Numbered from the stretch's first letter, positions 46,188 to 57,498 are shown. The stretch is DNA of 64,000 nt from Clostridia bacterium (GCA_045545475.1 JAZQAZ010000010.1:32001-96000); one strand, 5' to 3'. Notes: generated from the letters alone by a model not told the origin. Numbers and translations: made by a program.

Positions 46188-47035
46188 TAGAACTTAATAA
46201 CGTCTCCTATATATACGGCGAAGGTTCTCCTTATGAATCCATAGCTTTAAGGGATATTAATCTGAAAATTGAAGACGGAGAAATCGTCGGAATAATCGGA
46301 CATACAGGAAGCGGAAAAAGCACTCTTGTAAATATTATGGGAGGTATTGTAAAGCCGACTGATGGGCGTGTGCTTATTGACGGAGAAGATATAACAGAGA
46401 TGAAATCTGTTGTAAAAAAACTTGGCGGAAAAATAGGCGTAGTTTTTCAGTATCCTGAATATCAGCTTTTTGAAGAAACGGTGTATAAAGATATTGCTTT
46501 CGGCCCGAAAAACCTTGGATTAAGCGATGAAGAAATAGATATAAGGGTGCGCGAAGCGGCAAAAATGACAAATATAAGTGAAGAACTTTTCGATAAATCT
46601 CCTTTTGAGCTTTCAGGCGGACAGAAAAGAAGAGTTGCCATTGCGGGAATATTGTCAATGAAACCTAAGATGCTGATTCTTGACGAGCCTGCGGCAGGTC
46701 TTGATCCCGGCGGAAGAGAGCGTGTGCTTGGCGAAATAAAGGAAATGCACAAAAAATACGGCATAACTGTTATACTTGTTTCACACAGCATGGAAGACGT
46801 TGCGGAAGTGTGTGAAAGAATTGTGGTTATGTCAAAAGGAAGAATGCTTAAATGCTCTCCGATGAAGGAAGTTTTTGAAAACAGCTCCGAGCTTAAGGAG
46901 AATGGGTTATCCATACCGGAGATTACGGAAATAATGCTTTCGCTCAAAAATGCGGGATTACCTGTGAGAGATGACATATTCCGCATGGAAGATGCTCTCA
47001 GCGAGCTTATAGGCTTATTCGGGGAGGTGCATTGA
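46184..47035 (+). CDS. ecfA2: ECF transporter ATPase A2
   Basis: GHTGSGKST, FQYPEYQLFEE, SPFELSGGQKRR. Confidence 0.92.
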   Translation: MIELNNVSYIYGEGSPYESIALRDINLKIEDGEIVGIIGHTGSGKSTLVNIMGGIVKPTDGRVLIDGEDITEMKSVVKKLGGKIGVVFQYPEYQLFEETVYKDIAFGPKNLGLSDEEIDIRVREAAKMTNISEELFDKSPFELSGGQKRRVAIAGILSMKPKMLILDEPAAGLDPGGRERVLGEIKEMHKKYGITVILVSHSMEDVAEVCERIVVMSKGRMLKCSPMKEVFENSSELKENGLSIPEITEIMLSLKNAGLPVRDDIFRMEDALSELIGLFGEVH

Positions 47036-47036
47036 C

Positions 47037-47837
47037 ATGGATATAACAATAGGACAGTTTTACCCCGGAAATTCTGTGATTCATAAAATGGATCCGAGAA
47101 CAAAGCTTCTTTTGGTTATAACTTATATGATAATGGTTTTTGTGGCAAAGGATGTCTGGAGCTTTCTTATTATAGGTCTTCTTACGCTTTGTGTCATTCT
47201 CTTAAGTAAAGTGCCTGTAAAGTACTACTTTAAGGGACTTAAACCAATTCTTATAATTATGATTTTCACATCGGTTCTTAATCTGTTTTTGTCTCAGGGA
47301 AAGGTTATATTTACCGTTCCTTATCTGGGATGGACAATTACTGATGAGGGACTTAAATTGTCAGTATTTATGGTGCTCAGGCTGAGTTTTCTTCTGACAG
47401 GAACATCGGCACTGACCTTTACGACTTCGCCCGTAACTCTTACGGATGGGATAGAAGCACTTTTAAGACCGTTTTCAAAAATAGGAATTCCGTCTCACGA
47501 AATAGCAATGATGATGACGATTGCACTTCGCTTTATTCCGACCTTTGCTGAGGAAGCAGATAAGATTAAAAAAGCTCAGGGAGCAAGGGGAGCGGACTTT
47601 TCATCGGGAAGCCTTCTTTCCAGGGCAAAAGCAATGATTCCTATTTTGGTGCCCTTGTTTGTGGGGGCGTTCAGAAGGGCAGACGAACTTGCAACTGCGA
47701 TGGAAGCAAGGTGCTACAGAGGAGGGAGCGGCAGAACCAGCCTTAAAAGACTTAAGTTTGCAAAGCGTGATTTTCTTGCTTTTGCTTTGATGCTTGTGCT
47801 TCTCGCCTCGGTTATAGCAATTAAAATATATCTTTAA
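47037..47837 (+). CDS. ecfT: ECF transporter T component
   Basis: DPRTK, ALRFIP, AQGARG, AMEARCY. Confidence 0.92.
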   Translation: MDITIGQFYPGNSVIHKMDPRTKLLLVITYMIMVFVAKDVWSFLIIGLLTLCVILLSKVPVKYYFKGLKPILIIMIFTSVLNLFLSQGKVIFTVPYLGWTITDEGLKLSVFMVLRLSFLLTGTSALTFTTSPVTLTDGIEALLRPFSKIGIPSHEIAMMMTIALRFIPTFAEEADKIKKAQGARGADFSSGSLLSRAKAMIPILVPLFVGAFRRADELATAMEARCYRGGSGRTSLKRLKFAKRDFLAFALMLVLLASVIAIKIYL

Positions 47838-47852
47838 GAAAGGATATGTGCC

Positions 47853-48593
47853 ATGGCTAATATAAGAATATGGCTGAAATATGACGGCACGGATTTTCAC
47901 GGTTATCAGATACAGAAAAACGGGATAACCGTTCAGGAACATATTGAAAAAGCCATCATGAAAATTACCGGAGTTAAAACTTCTGTTACAGGATGCAGCA
48001 GGACGGATGCCGGTGTCCATGCTCTTATGTATGCCGCAAACTTTCATTCGGATACAAAGATTCCGGACGAAAAGCTTCCTGTGGCACTTAACACGGCCTT
48101 GCCCGATACCATAAGGGTTTATAAAGCGGAAAGAGTATCTGAAAATTTTCATGCAACATTTTCTGCCGTTGAAAAAACTTATGAATACACTATTGATACC
48201 AACGACATTGCAGACCCTTTTCTTAAACGATATGCCTGGCATTATAATTATTATGTGGATTCTGAACGTATGAAAGAAGGTGCTGTGCATCTTATAGGGA
48301 AACACGATTTTACGGCATTTATGGCGTCAGGCGGTCAGGTGAAAACCACCGTGAGAACCGTGAAAGATATAGAAATTACCGAAAAAGATAAGGTTATAAC
48401 TTTGAGAATAACTGCGGATGGATTTTTATATAACATGGTAAGGATAATTGCAGGCACTTTGGTTTATTGCGGAGCAGGAAAACTTAGTCCGGATGATGTG
48501 AAAAAAATGCTTGAATCAAAGGATAGAAGAGAGGGCGGAGTAACTGCACCGCCGGAAGGACTTAAACTGATTTCTGTAGTATATGAGGAATGA
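47853..48593 (+). CDS. truA: tRNA pseudouridine(38-40) synthase
   Basis: YDGTDFHG, SRTDAGVHA, FLYNMVR. Confidence 0.95.
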   Translation: MANIRIWLKYDGTDFHGYQIQKNGITVQEHIEKAIMKITGVKTSVTGCSRTDAGVHALMYAANFHSDTKIPDEKLPVALNTALPDTIRVYKAERVSENFHATFSAVEKTYEYTIDTNDIADPFLKRYAWHYNYYVDSERMKEGAVHLIGKHDFTAFMASGGQVKTTVRTVKDIEITEKDKVITLRITADGFLYNMVRIIAGTLVYCGAGKLSPDDVKKMLESKDRREGGVTAPPEGLKLISVVYEE

Positions 48594-48595
48594 TT

Positions 48596-49666
48596 ATGAA
48601 AAGAAAAAATATATTAATATATATAATTATAGCAATAGTGGTGATTTCGGGAATATTGTTTTATGCTTTTAGAAACAAAGATGAGGCCGGAAAGGAAATT
48701 ATCATTTCCAAGGAAAACACCAGGGACTATATTTGCGATAAATATGAAGACGGATTTATAACTTACAACGGGGTGGAACTGATACACTACGATTCCGACA
48801 TGGAACAAAAATGGGTATGTGCGGTTGATGAGGTTTCGTCTGACGTTTATGTCGATGGGAAATATGTTATTATTTACAGTGAGAACAATAAGATTGTTAT
48901 TGTTAAGGATGGAAAAATTTTAAGTGAAATTAAAAGCGAAAAAGATCTTCGCAGGGCCTCCGTCAATGAAAACGGATACAACGTACTTTTGACTTCCGAC
49001 AGAGGATATAAGGGACAGTGCTTTGTATATGACAGCAAAGCATCTCTTGCGGCAGAGTTTTCGTTTGGAGAAAAATACATCCTTGGAGCATACCTTATGG
49101 CGGATAACAGGACGCTTGTTATGAATGTTATAGATGATAAGGACGACGGATACAAGGGAAAAATCCTTTACGCTGACATAAAAAGCGGAGAAATAATTAA
49201 AGAAATTGAATCGGACAGTATATATTCTTATATGAAGATTTACAAAGGAAAGGTTTTTGCCGAAAATGACGGAAGATTTTATTGCTACGACAAAAACGGA
49301 AATGAGAAATGGAGCTATGAGGTGGGCTCGGAAGAAATAGTTTACATTGGCTTTTCCGGAAATTATGTTTCCATGGTTGTAAAAGCGAAAGACAGTTTTG
49401 GGGCAAACGAGATTTTGACGTTTAATCTTAGCGGAAGACTTAAGGGAAGTTACCTTACAGAATCGCAGGTTACAGCCTTTGATGCCTCAAAGGGATATGC
49501 GGCAGTTTGTGTAAACGGAAAGGTGTTGCTTCTTAACAGAAGAGGCAAGGTTGTTTCAGAAATAGAAACTGATACTAATACTGTAAACAGCATTAAGCTA
49601 TTCAAGGATGATGACAGGGTACTTATGATATCCGAGAAAGCTGTTATGCAAAAATTCGGAAGGTAG
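48596..49666 (+). CDS. membrane-anchored beta-propeller protein (DUF5711-like)
   Basis: N-terminal TM helix, repeated beta-rich blades. Confidence 0.65.
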   Translation: MKRKNILIYIIIAIVVISGILFYAFRNKDEAGKEIIISKENTRDYICDKYEDGFITYNGVELIHYDSDMEQKWVCAVDEVSSDVYVDGKYVIIYSENNKIVIVKDGKILSEIKSEKDLRRASVNENGYNVLLTSDRGYKGQCFVYDSKASLAAEFSFGEKYILGAYLMADNRTLVMNVIDDKDDGYKGKILYADIKSGEIIKEIESDSIYSYMKIYKGKVFAENDGRFYCYDKNGNEKWSYEVGSEEIVYIGFSGNYVSMVVKAKDSFGANEILTFNLSGRLKGSYLTESQVTAFDASKGYAAVCVNGKVLLLNRRGKVVSEIETDTNTVNSIKLFKDDDRVLMISEKAVMQKFGR

Positions 49667-49681
49667 TAAGGAGGGTAGTGT

Positions 49682-50308
49682 ATGGTACTGGACATTATAG
49701 GAATTATAATCATAGGATATTTTTTGTATTCCGGAGTGAAAAAAGGCTTTGTTAAAAGTATTTTTTCTTCACTGTCCTTTATACTTGCACTGGCACTTAC
49801 GGTTATGACTTTGAATCCCGTGGTGGATTACGTAAAGGAAACTGAGTTTGGAAAGACTGTATACGAAAAAACCGAACTGACCTTTATAGAGGAGAATGCC
49901 GACAACGAAAGTGCTGAGGATGGCGAAGAAGAAATGTCTTTTCTTTCGGAGATTATAGACACCGATGGGATAATTGAAGAAGCCACTAAGATACAAGGAA
50001 ATATTTCGAAATCACTGGGAGATATAGTTATTCGTTCTATTTGTGCGTTGGCACTCTTTGTTATTTATATTATACTTATAAAAATAGCAGCTTCAATTCT
50101 TGATGCTACTGCAAAGCTTCCGGTACTGAAAACATTCAATAAAATCGGAGGAATTCTGGCAGGTGCTGTAAATGCTTACATATTTATGGCGATTTTTTGC
50201 TGCATTATTATGCTACTTATGTCTACGTCATTTAAGGATACAGTTGCGGCACAGTTGGAAGCCTCTTTATTTACCTCGTGGTTTTACAGTAATAACCCAT
50301 TTTTCTAA
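49682..50308 (+). CDS. CvpA family membrane protein
   Basis: LDII...GVKKGFV, NKIGGILAG pattern. Confidence 0.8.
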   Translation: MVLDIIGIIIIGYFLYSGVKKGFVKSIFSSLSFILALALTVMTLNPVVDYVKETEFGKTVYEKTELTFIEENADNESAEDGEEEMSFLSEIIDTDGIIEEATKIQGNISKSLGDIVIRSICALALFVIYIILIKIAASILDATAKLPVLKTFNKIGGILAGAVNAYIFMAIFCCIIMLLMSTSFKDTVAAQLEASLFTSWFYSNNPFF

Positions 50309-50323
50309 AGGCGGAGTTATGTT

Positions 50324-52183
50324 ATGAAAAGAATAACATTATTAATTATTGTTTCTTTAATAGTGCTGTCAAGTTTTAATATATCGGCATCTTCTTTGAG
50401 TGAAGAATGCGGTGCACAAATCATTTCGTATGCACTTTTTGACGGCGAAGAAAAAATTGCTTCTTCAGGCAAAGAAAACTGCTTTGCAATAGGCTCAGTA
50501 AGTAAAGTATTTACTGCGGCACTTACTCTAAAGCTTTGCGAGGAAGATGTGCTTTCTCTTGATGGAAAAGTATGGGAATATCTTCCGGAGTTTTCAATGA
50601 ATGACATAAGATATAAGGATATTACGGTAAAACATTTGCTTAATCACACATCCGGCCTTATGGGTTCTACAATGAAAAACACCATGCTCTATAAAAAATC
50701 AGATTCGTGGAATCATGATAATTTCTTAAGTCTTTTAAAAAATCAGAACTTAAAATATGCCCCGGGACAGATGGCAAACTACTGTAATGACGGATATACT
50801 TTGCTTGAACTTATTATTGAGAAAGTATCGGGAATGGAATATACCGACTATCTTTATAAGGTATTTTCGGCTTTGCCTCAAGATAGGTTTAAAACAGCTG
50901 AAAATGTGGATTTAAGTGTTGAAGAAATTGTAAATTCAATTGCCGCAGGCGGAATTTATTCTGATGCGGAAACGGTTTGCAAAGCAATTTATAAGCTTAT
51001 CTGCACCGATACGATACTTTCGGATAATTCAAGAAAACTCATGCAAAGCCATGGAAATGATGCGAAAAAAGATGGGGAATTCGGTCTTGGATGGGACTCT
51101 GTGACAGCTTATCCCTTTGACAAGTATGGAATAAAGGCACTTACCAAGGGAGGAGACACTCTCTATTATCATTCATCGGTAGTGGTTTTGCCTGAATATG
51201 ATATTACGGCCTGTGTCATTTTGAAAGAAGGCGACAGCAGAGTTGCCGAGGCGGAAGCAAAAAAGTTGATTATTGATTATCTAAAGGAGAAAAACGGAAC
51301 ATTAATAGAGTATTACGGATATGAAAAGCCGGCTGTTGAAAATACCGACGATTTGGATTCTCTTTCGGGATATGAAGGACTTTACCTTTCAGGAAGCGGG
51401 CAGTTTAAGTTTTCTGTTAAATCAGGATTTGGGATACTTTCGGAGCTTTTTACAGGGAAAAACACGCCTCTTACTTATATGGGAAACGGAGTATTTGACG
51501 CAGGGGACGGTATATTGTATTTTTCAGAGGAAGATGGAAATATATATATGATGATTGAAGGTATATCGGCCTTAAAAGGCGGAGCGTTTTACCGCTATTT
51601 TGAGTATTACGGAGTAAAGGTGCAAGATGGCGGGGATGCCAATTCTTCATGGCATGAGCGAAACGGCAAGGTATATTTTATTTGTGACGAGAGATATGAT
51701 TCTCTCTTATATATGGAGGGAATAACTGCCCTGACTGTTGCGTTTTCTTCTGAAATGCCCGGGTATCTGAGTTATCTTAAAACCGTGGATGATAATACTG
51801 CACTTTCTGATATTGCACTTCCCGGTGCCTACGGAAGGGATCTTACGGATATAACAGTATTTAATGAAAACGGAAAAGAGTATCTTAAATCACAGGAGTG
51901 GACGTTTTTAGACAGAGAATATATAGGCAAGATATATAATGGGGAAAAATCCGTGTGCACTATTTTACCGGACGGTTATACCAGATGGTTTGCTTCGGGA
52001 GATGCGGCAGGAAAAACTTTAAAAGCCGAAATTGCAGGAAACGGAATGTTTGCCATATACGATGAAAATGGAAGATTTTTGTATTCTTCGCTAAAAGACG
52101 GTCCTTGTGCAACTATTCCTGAAAACGGCTATATAGCTTTTTCCGGTGAAGTCGGAACGGTATTTGAAATTACACTTGCATAA
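50324..52183 (+). CDS. secreted serine hydrolase (beta-lactamase/PBP-like)
   Basis: Signal peptide, IGSVSK (SxxK), LLNHTSG, YCNDGY (YxN), KGGD. Confidence 0.85.
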   Translation: MKRITLLIIVSLIVLSSFNISASSLSEECGAQIISYALFDGEEKIASSGKENCFAIGSVSKVFTAALTLKLCEEDVLSLDGKVWEYLPEFSMNDIRYKDITVKHLLNHTSGLMGSTMKNTMLYKKSDSWNHDNFLSLLKNQNLKYAPGQMANYCNDGYTLLELIIEKVSGMEYTDYLYKVFSALPQDRFKTAENVDLSVEEIVNSIAAGGIYSDAETVCKAIYKLICTDTILSDNSRKLMQSHGNDAKKDGEFGLGWDSVTAYPFDKYGIKALTKGGDTLYYHSSVVVLPEYDITACVILKEGDSRVAEAEAKKLIIDYLKEKNGTLIEYYGYEKPAVENTDDLDSLSGYEGLYLSGSGQFKFSVKSGFGILSELFTGKNTPLTYMGNGVFDAGDGILYFSEEDGNIYMMIEGISALKGGAFYRYFEYYGVKVQDGGDANSSWHERNGKVYFICDERYDSLLYMEGITALTVAFSSEMPGYLSYLKTVDDNTALSDIALPGAYGRDLTDITVFNENGKEYLKSQEWTFLDREYIGKIYNGEKSVCTILPDGYTRWFASGDAAGKTLKAEIAGNGMFAIYDENGRFLYSSLKDGPCATIPENGYIAFSGEVGTVFEITLA

Positions 52184-52214
52184 ACAGATTTTTTGTGATA
52201 AAATATTAAAGAAA

Positions 52215-52323
52215 TCAGAGTAGAATCCTCTGCGTAAAGTGCCTGAAGGACGGGGAGTTGTCTTCGGGACGAAAGTGAGAGTCGGTTGGCTTAAGCTGCG
52301 GTAGAGGTTTCGCATCCCGCTGT
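52215..52323 (+). ncRNA. THF riboswitch
   Basis: CAGAGUAG...GCGUAAAGUG...ACGGGGAGUUG...ACGAA...GCGGU...CGCAUCCCGCUG; followed by a hairpin (52339-52375) that sequesters AAGGAGG of folT. Confidence 0.9.
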
Positions 52324-52382
52324 ACATATTAAAGGAATCCTCCTTGTGTATGTAGCGAGAAAATACATAAGGAGGTTTTTTT

Positions 52383-52922
52383 ATGAAAAAAATCAAAACT
52401 AAAAAGCTTTGCGTAATAGCGATGCTTCTGGCAATCACGGTTGTTCTTTCATACATTTCTGGATATCTGAGGATAGGAATGGGAATAAAGCTTACAATAA
52501 GCTTTATTTCGGTGTATCTGGCTGCAGCATTATATGGGCCTTTTGCAGGAGCTTTTGTCGGTGCGATGGCGGATGTTATATCCTGCATCGTAAATCCTGT
52601 GGGAGCACTGATTTGGCAACTTACCCTTATTGAGCTGTGCTACGGTTTCATGTACGGCATCTTTTTTTCAAGAAAAAAATATGCATGTTCTATAAAAAAC
52701 AGATACATAAAAGCAGTTATTTGCTCTTTTATAAGATTTTTATCGGACGTTTTTATTAAAACGGAAATTTTGTCTGAAGCAGGGTTTATGCCCGACGATT
52801 TTTGGTATGCAGTTACATTAAGACTTTCAAGCTGTCTTGCTATGATGGTATTAACGGCGGCAGCGATAATGTTTTTTGAAAAACACTATACGGATAAATT
52901 CAGCGAAATGGTAAATAAGTAA
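52383..52922 (+). CDS. folT: folate ECF transporter S component
   Basis: S-component TM pattern (AMLLA, LYGP..GA..G..ADV) directly under a THF riboswitch. Confidence 0.85.
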   Translation: MKKIKTKKLCVIAMLLAITVVLSYISGYLRIGMGIKLTISFISVYLAAALYGPFAGAFVGAMADVISCIVNPVGALIWQLTLIELCYGFMYGIFFSRKKYACSIKNRYIKAVICSFIRFLSDVFIKTEILSEAGFMPDDFWYAVTLRLSSCLAMMVLTAAAIMFFEKHYTDKFSEMVNK

Positions 52923-53002
52923 TTAAAAAAATCTTTACTTATCTTAAAAACGGTGGTATAATAATACATTATAGTGATTTTATGAAAGGAAGAGTGAATT
53001 AA

Positions 53003-53293
53003 ATGGCAGAAGAAAAGAAATATTTTGAATATAAGGGTAAACCTTTTATCCGCCGCGGAGATGTTCTCTTTTACGGAGATCCTAAGGAAAAGTACATTGT
53101 TAAGTTCACTATCAACAGCTATGAAAAAGTCGGAGATAAAGAGGTTGCAAATTCTGTAAAGGTACAGCTTTTGCAGAACACCTTGGGAGACAAAGAAAGG
53201 GTTATTAAGCAGGCCGAGCGTGACGGACTTTTCCGTGCGTTTGACGTAGGGGAATATTGGCTTAACGAAGCTTTTGAAGCAATGAAAGCATAA
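53003..53293 (+). CDS. conserved hypothetical protein (96 aa)
   Basis: RBS AAGGAAG, upstream TGGTATAAT, normal composition. Confidence 0.75.
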   Translation: MAEEKKYFEYKGKPFIRRGDVLFYGDPKEKYIVKFTINSYEKVGDKEVANSVKVQLLQNTLGDKERVIKQAERDGLFRAFDVGEYWLNEAFEAMKA

Positions 53294-53334
53294 TTCCGGC
53301 AATTTATTAGACTCCGTAAGAAAGGAAGATAGCT

Positions 53335-54789
53335 ATGTCTCAGTTCTGGAAAGATAATAATAATTACACCATGCTTTGCGACTTTTACGAGCTTACGATG
53401 GCAAACGGATATTTTGAAAGCGGAATGAAGGATCAGGTCGCTTATTTTGATATGTTTTACAGAACAATCCCGGATAAGGGCGGCTATGCTCTTATGATGG
53501 GAACTGAACAGCTCGTGGAATATATCGAAAAACTCAAGTTTGACGAGGATGATATAAGCTATTTAAGAGGAAAGAAAATCTTTTCCGAAGAATTCCTTTC
53601 CTACCTTGCCAATATGAATTTTTCCTGTGATGTCTGGGCAATGGAAGAGGGAACGCCCATTTTCCCGGGAGAACCAATCGTAATAGTAAGGGGGCCTGCA
53701 ATCCAGGCACAGTTTGTTGAAACAATGATTCTTCTTACTGTAAATCATCAGTCGTTAATCGGTACAAAAGCAAACAGAATTGTAAGAGCGGCACAGGGAA
53801 GAGCCGTTATGGAATTCGGATCACGCCGTGCTCACGGCTATCACAGTGCGATTTACGGAGCAAGAAGTGCTTATATCGCTGGTTGTACAGGAACTGCCTG
53901 TACCATGACGGATAAGCTTTTCGGGATTCCGGCTCTCGGAACAATGGCTCATAGCTGGATTCAGATGTTTGATTCTGAATACGAGGCATTTAAGGCATAT
54001 GCCGAGTGTTATCCCGCCGACTGTACACTTTTAATTGATACATACAATGTATTAAAGTCCGGTTTGGTTAATGCAATAAAGGTTTTTGACGAGGTAATAA
54101 AACCCAGAGGTTTTCGTCCTAAGGGTGTAAGAATCGACAGCGGTGACGTAACATATCTTTCAAAGAAAATCAGAAAAGCTTTGGATGATGCAGGATACCC
54201 CGACTGTAAAATTGTTGTGTCAAACTCTCTTGACGAATATATAATCCGTGATACCATAATGCAAGGTGCATGCATAGATTCTTTCGGTGTCGGCGAACGT
54301 CTAATTACAGCAAGCTCCGCTCCTGTTTTCGGAGGGGTTTATAAGCTTGTGGCTGTAGAGAAAAACGGGGAGATAATACCTAAAATAAAAATCAGTGAAA
54401 ACAGTGCCAAAATTACAACTCCGGGATTTAAACAGGTATACAGACTTTACAACAACGAAACCGGCAAAGCAATTGCTGACGTTGTAACATTGCACGACGA
54501 AGAAATAAATGACAAGGAGCCTTATACACTTTTTGATCCCATTGAAACATGGAAGAAGAAAGTGGTAACCGATTTTACCGCCAGAAAGCTCCTTATGCCT
54601 GTTTTCAAAGAGGGCAGATGTGTCTATAAAACAAAACCTATTGCCGAAATCAGAAAATATTGTGCAGAGCAGGTTGATGCATTGTGGGAAGAAGTTTTGA
54701 GATTTGAGAATCCTCACAGATATTATGTCGATCTTTCAGATAAACTTTGGAAGATGAAGCAGTCAATGCTTGAACAGTACTCTAAGTGA
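53335..54789 (+). CDS. pncB: nicotinate phosphoribosyltransferase
   Basis: DFYELTM, EFGSRRAHG, GTMAHSW, RIDSGD, GGVYKL. Confidence 0.95.
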   Translation: MSQFWKDNNNYTMLCDFYELTMANGYFESGMKDQVAYFDMFYRTIPDKGGYALMMGTEQLVEYIEKLKFDEDDISYLRGKKIFSEEFLSYLANMNFSCDVWAMEEGTPIFPGEPIVIVRGPAIQAQFVETMILLTVNHQSLIGTKANRIVRAAQGRAVMEFGSRRAHGYHSAIYGARSAYIAGCTGTACTMTDKLFGIPALGTMAHSWIQMFDSEYEAFKAYAECYPADCTLLIDTYNVLKSGLVNAIKVFDEVIKPRGFRPKGVRIDSGDVTYLSKKIRKALDDAGYPDCKIVVSNSLDEYIIRDTIMQGACIDSFGVGERLITASSAPVFGGVYKLVAVEKNGEIIPKIKISENSAKITTPGFKQVYRLYNNETGKAIADVVTLHDEEINDKEPYTLFDPIETWKKKVVTDFTARKLLMPVFKEGRCVYKTKPIAEIRKYCAEQVDALWEEVLRFENPHRYYVDLSDKLWKMKQSMLEQYSK

Positions 54790-54793
54790 CATT

Positions 54794-54820
54794 AAAGGAC
54801 AAACTTTTGTTTGTCCTTTT
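54794..54820 (+). terminator. intrinsic terminator
   Basis: AAAGGACAAAC-TTTT-GTTTGTCCTTTT. Confidence 0.75.
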
Positions 54821-54933
54821 GTGCTTTTGTTAATAGTAAAATGCATTTACTATTTTTTACATATTATTTACAAATTGATTATTACTGATATATAATTTTA
54901 TGATATAATAATTTATAAGCAGAATAAGGAGGA

Positions 54934-56790
54934 ATGTATATGGCAGAAAAAGAACCGCTTACCCTTAAAAAAAGGATGAAAAAGAAAAAGCTGATACTCA
55001 TAATAGTTATTGCTGCAATATTGGTTATTGCCGGAATAGTCACGGCAGCTTTGGTTATGAGCAACGATACTGCGGAAGAAAAAGAAACAGTTATTATGAC
55101 ATCAAAGCCGTTTATAAGTACGATAGAACTTACTGTTTCTGGTTCGGGAACGGTGGAGCCGATGGACAGATATGAAATAGTATCGCTTGTCAGCGGAGAT
55201 ATTATATCTTCTCCTTTTGAAGAAGGTGATCTTGTGGACGAGGATGATATAGTTTACGTCATTGACCATGAGACACAGGACAAGAATATTGAAAGTGCAA
55301 AAAATTCTCTGACAAAGTCTAAAATCAGGAATAAAATATATCTTGATGAAGAGGAGTTTAATAAAACTCTTGCAAAATATACTGTCAGAGCTGAGGAAGA
55401 CGGAATTATAAGTGACTTTTCTCTTGAAGTTGACGATAAGGTTACCGCAAACGGAAAGCTTGGTACAATACAGAATTTCGATGAGATAATAGCAACTGTT
55501 CCTTTTAATGCGGCACAGTTTGAGAAAATTGCTGAGGGCGACAGAGCCACGGTTTATCTTTATCCATCGATGTATACTGCCGAGGGAACCGTTACATATA
55601 AAAGTTATAAGACAACCGGAAGTATAGGCGGAGCTGTTGTCTATGATGTAGAAATTACATTTGACGGAAGCAACCTTACGCTTACTGATACAGGAGCCAG
55701 TGCAACAGTGCATACAGCATTAGGCGATGTGGACGCTCCTGCATCGGGAACACTCGGATATGATGAACCTGTAAACATCTTTGCTGAAGTGACAGGGGAT
55801 GTTTTGTCTGTACCGGACAATATAAAAAATGGTGCAAAGGTTAAAAAAGGAGATATTCTTTTTGTAATTGATTCCGAGGATTTTCTTGAAGAGAAAACTT
55901 TGATAGAATTTGAATATCATGATCTGGAGCTTAGTTTGGAAAGTGCACAGGACAGACTTGATGACTATGAGATAAAAGCACCCATAAGCGGTACTGTAAT
56001 AACCAAAAATGCAAAAAAAGGTGATACAGTATCAGCCGGAAACAATACTTCTGCATTAATGGTTATTGCAGACATGTCGGCAATGAAATTTATATTCCAG
56101 GCTGATGAAACAGACATTGAAAAAATAAAGGTAGGACTGGTTGTTAAAGTTACTGCAGAAGCGGTAACGAACAAAGTTTTCAGCGGTGTTGTTGAGTCCG
56201 TGGCTACTGAAGGCGTTTCTGCCAACGGCGTATCCTACTATGATGTTGAGGTAGTTGTTTCCGATTACGGACAAAATGACGAGTCTGGAATGCTTCGTTC
56301 AGGAATGAATGTTTCTGCTGAAATTGTTTATGAAAAAACTGAAAATGCCATGTGTTTACCGGTGTCTGCGGTTACATCGATGGGCGGCGAATCCTATGTA
56401 TTTGTAAAGAATGCAAAAGCTGTAAACGCTGAAGATTCGGGTGAAGAAACTGACGAAACAGAAAACGGTGGTATGGCTGAATCCGGTAAAATGGGATTTG
56501 GAAGCGGCGACAAAAACAATTTCATTAAAGAGCGTATCGACGAGATGACTCCGGAAGGATTTACAGCCGTAAAAGTAGTAACAGGTGTTACCAATGGCCT
56601 GACAATAGAAATTATTTCCGGAATTGACCAAAGTGCCGAAGTATATCTTGCGGAAAACGATAATGTGCAGTCACCTATAACATTCGGTGGTCCTATGGGA
56701 TTCACAGGCGGCATGGGCGGTGGCATGTACGGCGGTGGCATGTACGGCGGTGGAATGTATGGCGGCGGCATGGGCGGTTCAAGAAGATAA
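54934..56790 (+). CDS. efflux membrane-fusion/adaptor protein (MacA/HlyD-like) with Gly/Met-rich tail
   Basis: N-terminal TM, two lipoyl-like halves (EEGDLV, IKAPISGTV), GMNVSAEI, LPVSAV; GGMYG repeats at C-terminus. Confidence 0.85.
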   Translation: MYMAEKEPLTLKKRMKKKKLILIIVIAAILVIAGIVTAALVMSNDTAEEKETVIMTSKPFISTIELTVSGSGTVEPMDRYEIVSLVSGDIISSPFEEGDLVDEDDIVYVIDHETQDKNIESAKNSLTKSKIRNKIYLDEEEFNKTLAKYTVRAEEDGIISDFSLEVDDKVTANGKLGTIQNFDEIIATVPFNAAQFEKIAEGDRATVYLYPSMYTAEGTVTYKSYKTTGSIGGAVVYDVEITFDGSNLTLTDTGASATVHTALGDVDAPASGTLGYDEPVNIFAEVTGDVLSVPDNIKNGAKVKKGDILFVIDSEDFLEEKTLIEFEYHDLELSLESAQDRLDDYEIKAPISGTVITKNAKKGDTVSAGNNTSALMVIADMSAMKFIFQADETDIEKIKVGLVVKVTAEAVTNKVFSGVVESVATEGVSANGVSYYDVEVVVSDYGQNDESGMLRSGMNVSAEIVYEKTENAMCLPVSAVTSMGGESYVFVKNAKAVNAEDSGEETDETENGGMAESGKMGFGSGDKNNFIKERIDEMTPEGFTAVKVVTGVTNGLTIEIISGIDQSAEVYLAENDNVQSPITFGGPMGFTGGMGGGMYGGGMYGGGMYGGGMGGSRR

Positions 56791-56802
56791 TGAGGTATCC
56801 TT

Positions 56803-57498
56803 ATGATATTAATAAAGGACTTATATAAAATTTATCAGATGGGTGATTCTGAGGTAAGGGCACTTGATGGCATAAATTTGCATATTGCTCCAAAGGAATT
56901 TGTGGCAATAATAGGCCCCTCCGGAAGCGGAAAATCCACACTTATGAATATGATAGGGTGCCTTGACGTTCCCACGAGCGGAGAATATTTTTTGAACGGC
57001 AACGATGTAAGTAACTTAAGTGATGATGAACAGGCTTTTATAAGAAACAGACAAATTGGGTTTATATTTCAGCAATACAATCTGCTTCCTAAACTTACAG
57101 CATGGGAAAATGTAGAACTACCTCTTATATACAGAGGCATTAACGGAAGCGAAAGAAAAAAAATGGTTATGGAGGCTCTTGAAAGAGTGGGGATGGAAGG
57201 ACGTGCTGACCATTTACCGAAAGAACTTTCGGGAGGGCAGCAACAGCGTGTATCCATTGCACGTGCTCTTGCCGGAAAACCTCCGGTAATTCTTGCGGAC
57301 GAACCCACAGGAGCACTTGATTCGAAAACGGGAGCAGAGCTTATGGAAATGCTTAAAGAGCTGCACAGTGAAGGGAACACTATAGTCCTCATAACACACG
57401 ATTCTGATGTTGCGAGACAGGCAAAAAGAATAGTGAGGATTCAGGATGGCAAAATTACAAGGGATTCTGCTTCCGACAGCGAGGTGGTGTGCGAATGA
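56803..57498 (+). CDS. ABC transporter ATP-binding protein (MacB/LolD-like)
   Basis: [26 protein letters not shown]. Confidence 0.93.
   Translation: MILIKDLYKIYQMGDSEVRALDGINLHIAPKEFVAIIGPSGSGKSTLMNMIGCLDVPTSGEYFLNGNDVSNLSDDEQAFIRNRQIGFIFQQYNLLPKLTAWENVELPLIYRGINGSERKKMVMEALERVGMEGRADHLPKELSGGQQQRVSIARALAGKPPVILADEPTGALDSKTGAELMEMLKELHSEGNTIVLITHDSDVARQAKRIVRIQDGKITRDSASDSEVVCE

Noticed and set aside
56707-56778. GGMYG x3 repeat at the end of the efflux adaptor, resembling MYG splicease sites
   Set aside because: Gly/Met-rich tails are common on Clostridial MacA-like adaptors; it is extracytoplasmic and 29 kb from the rSAM gene, so there is no evidence of a link
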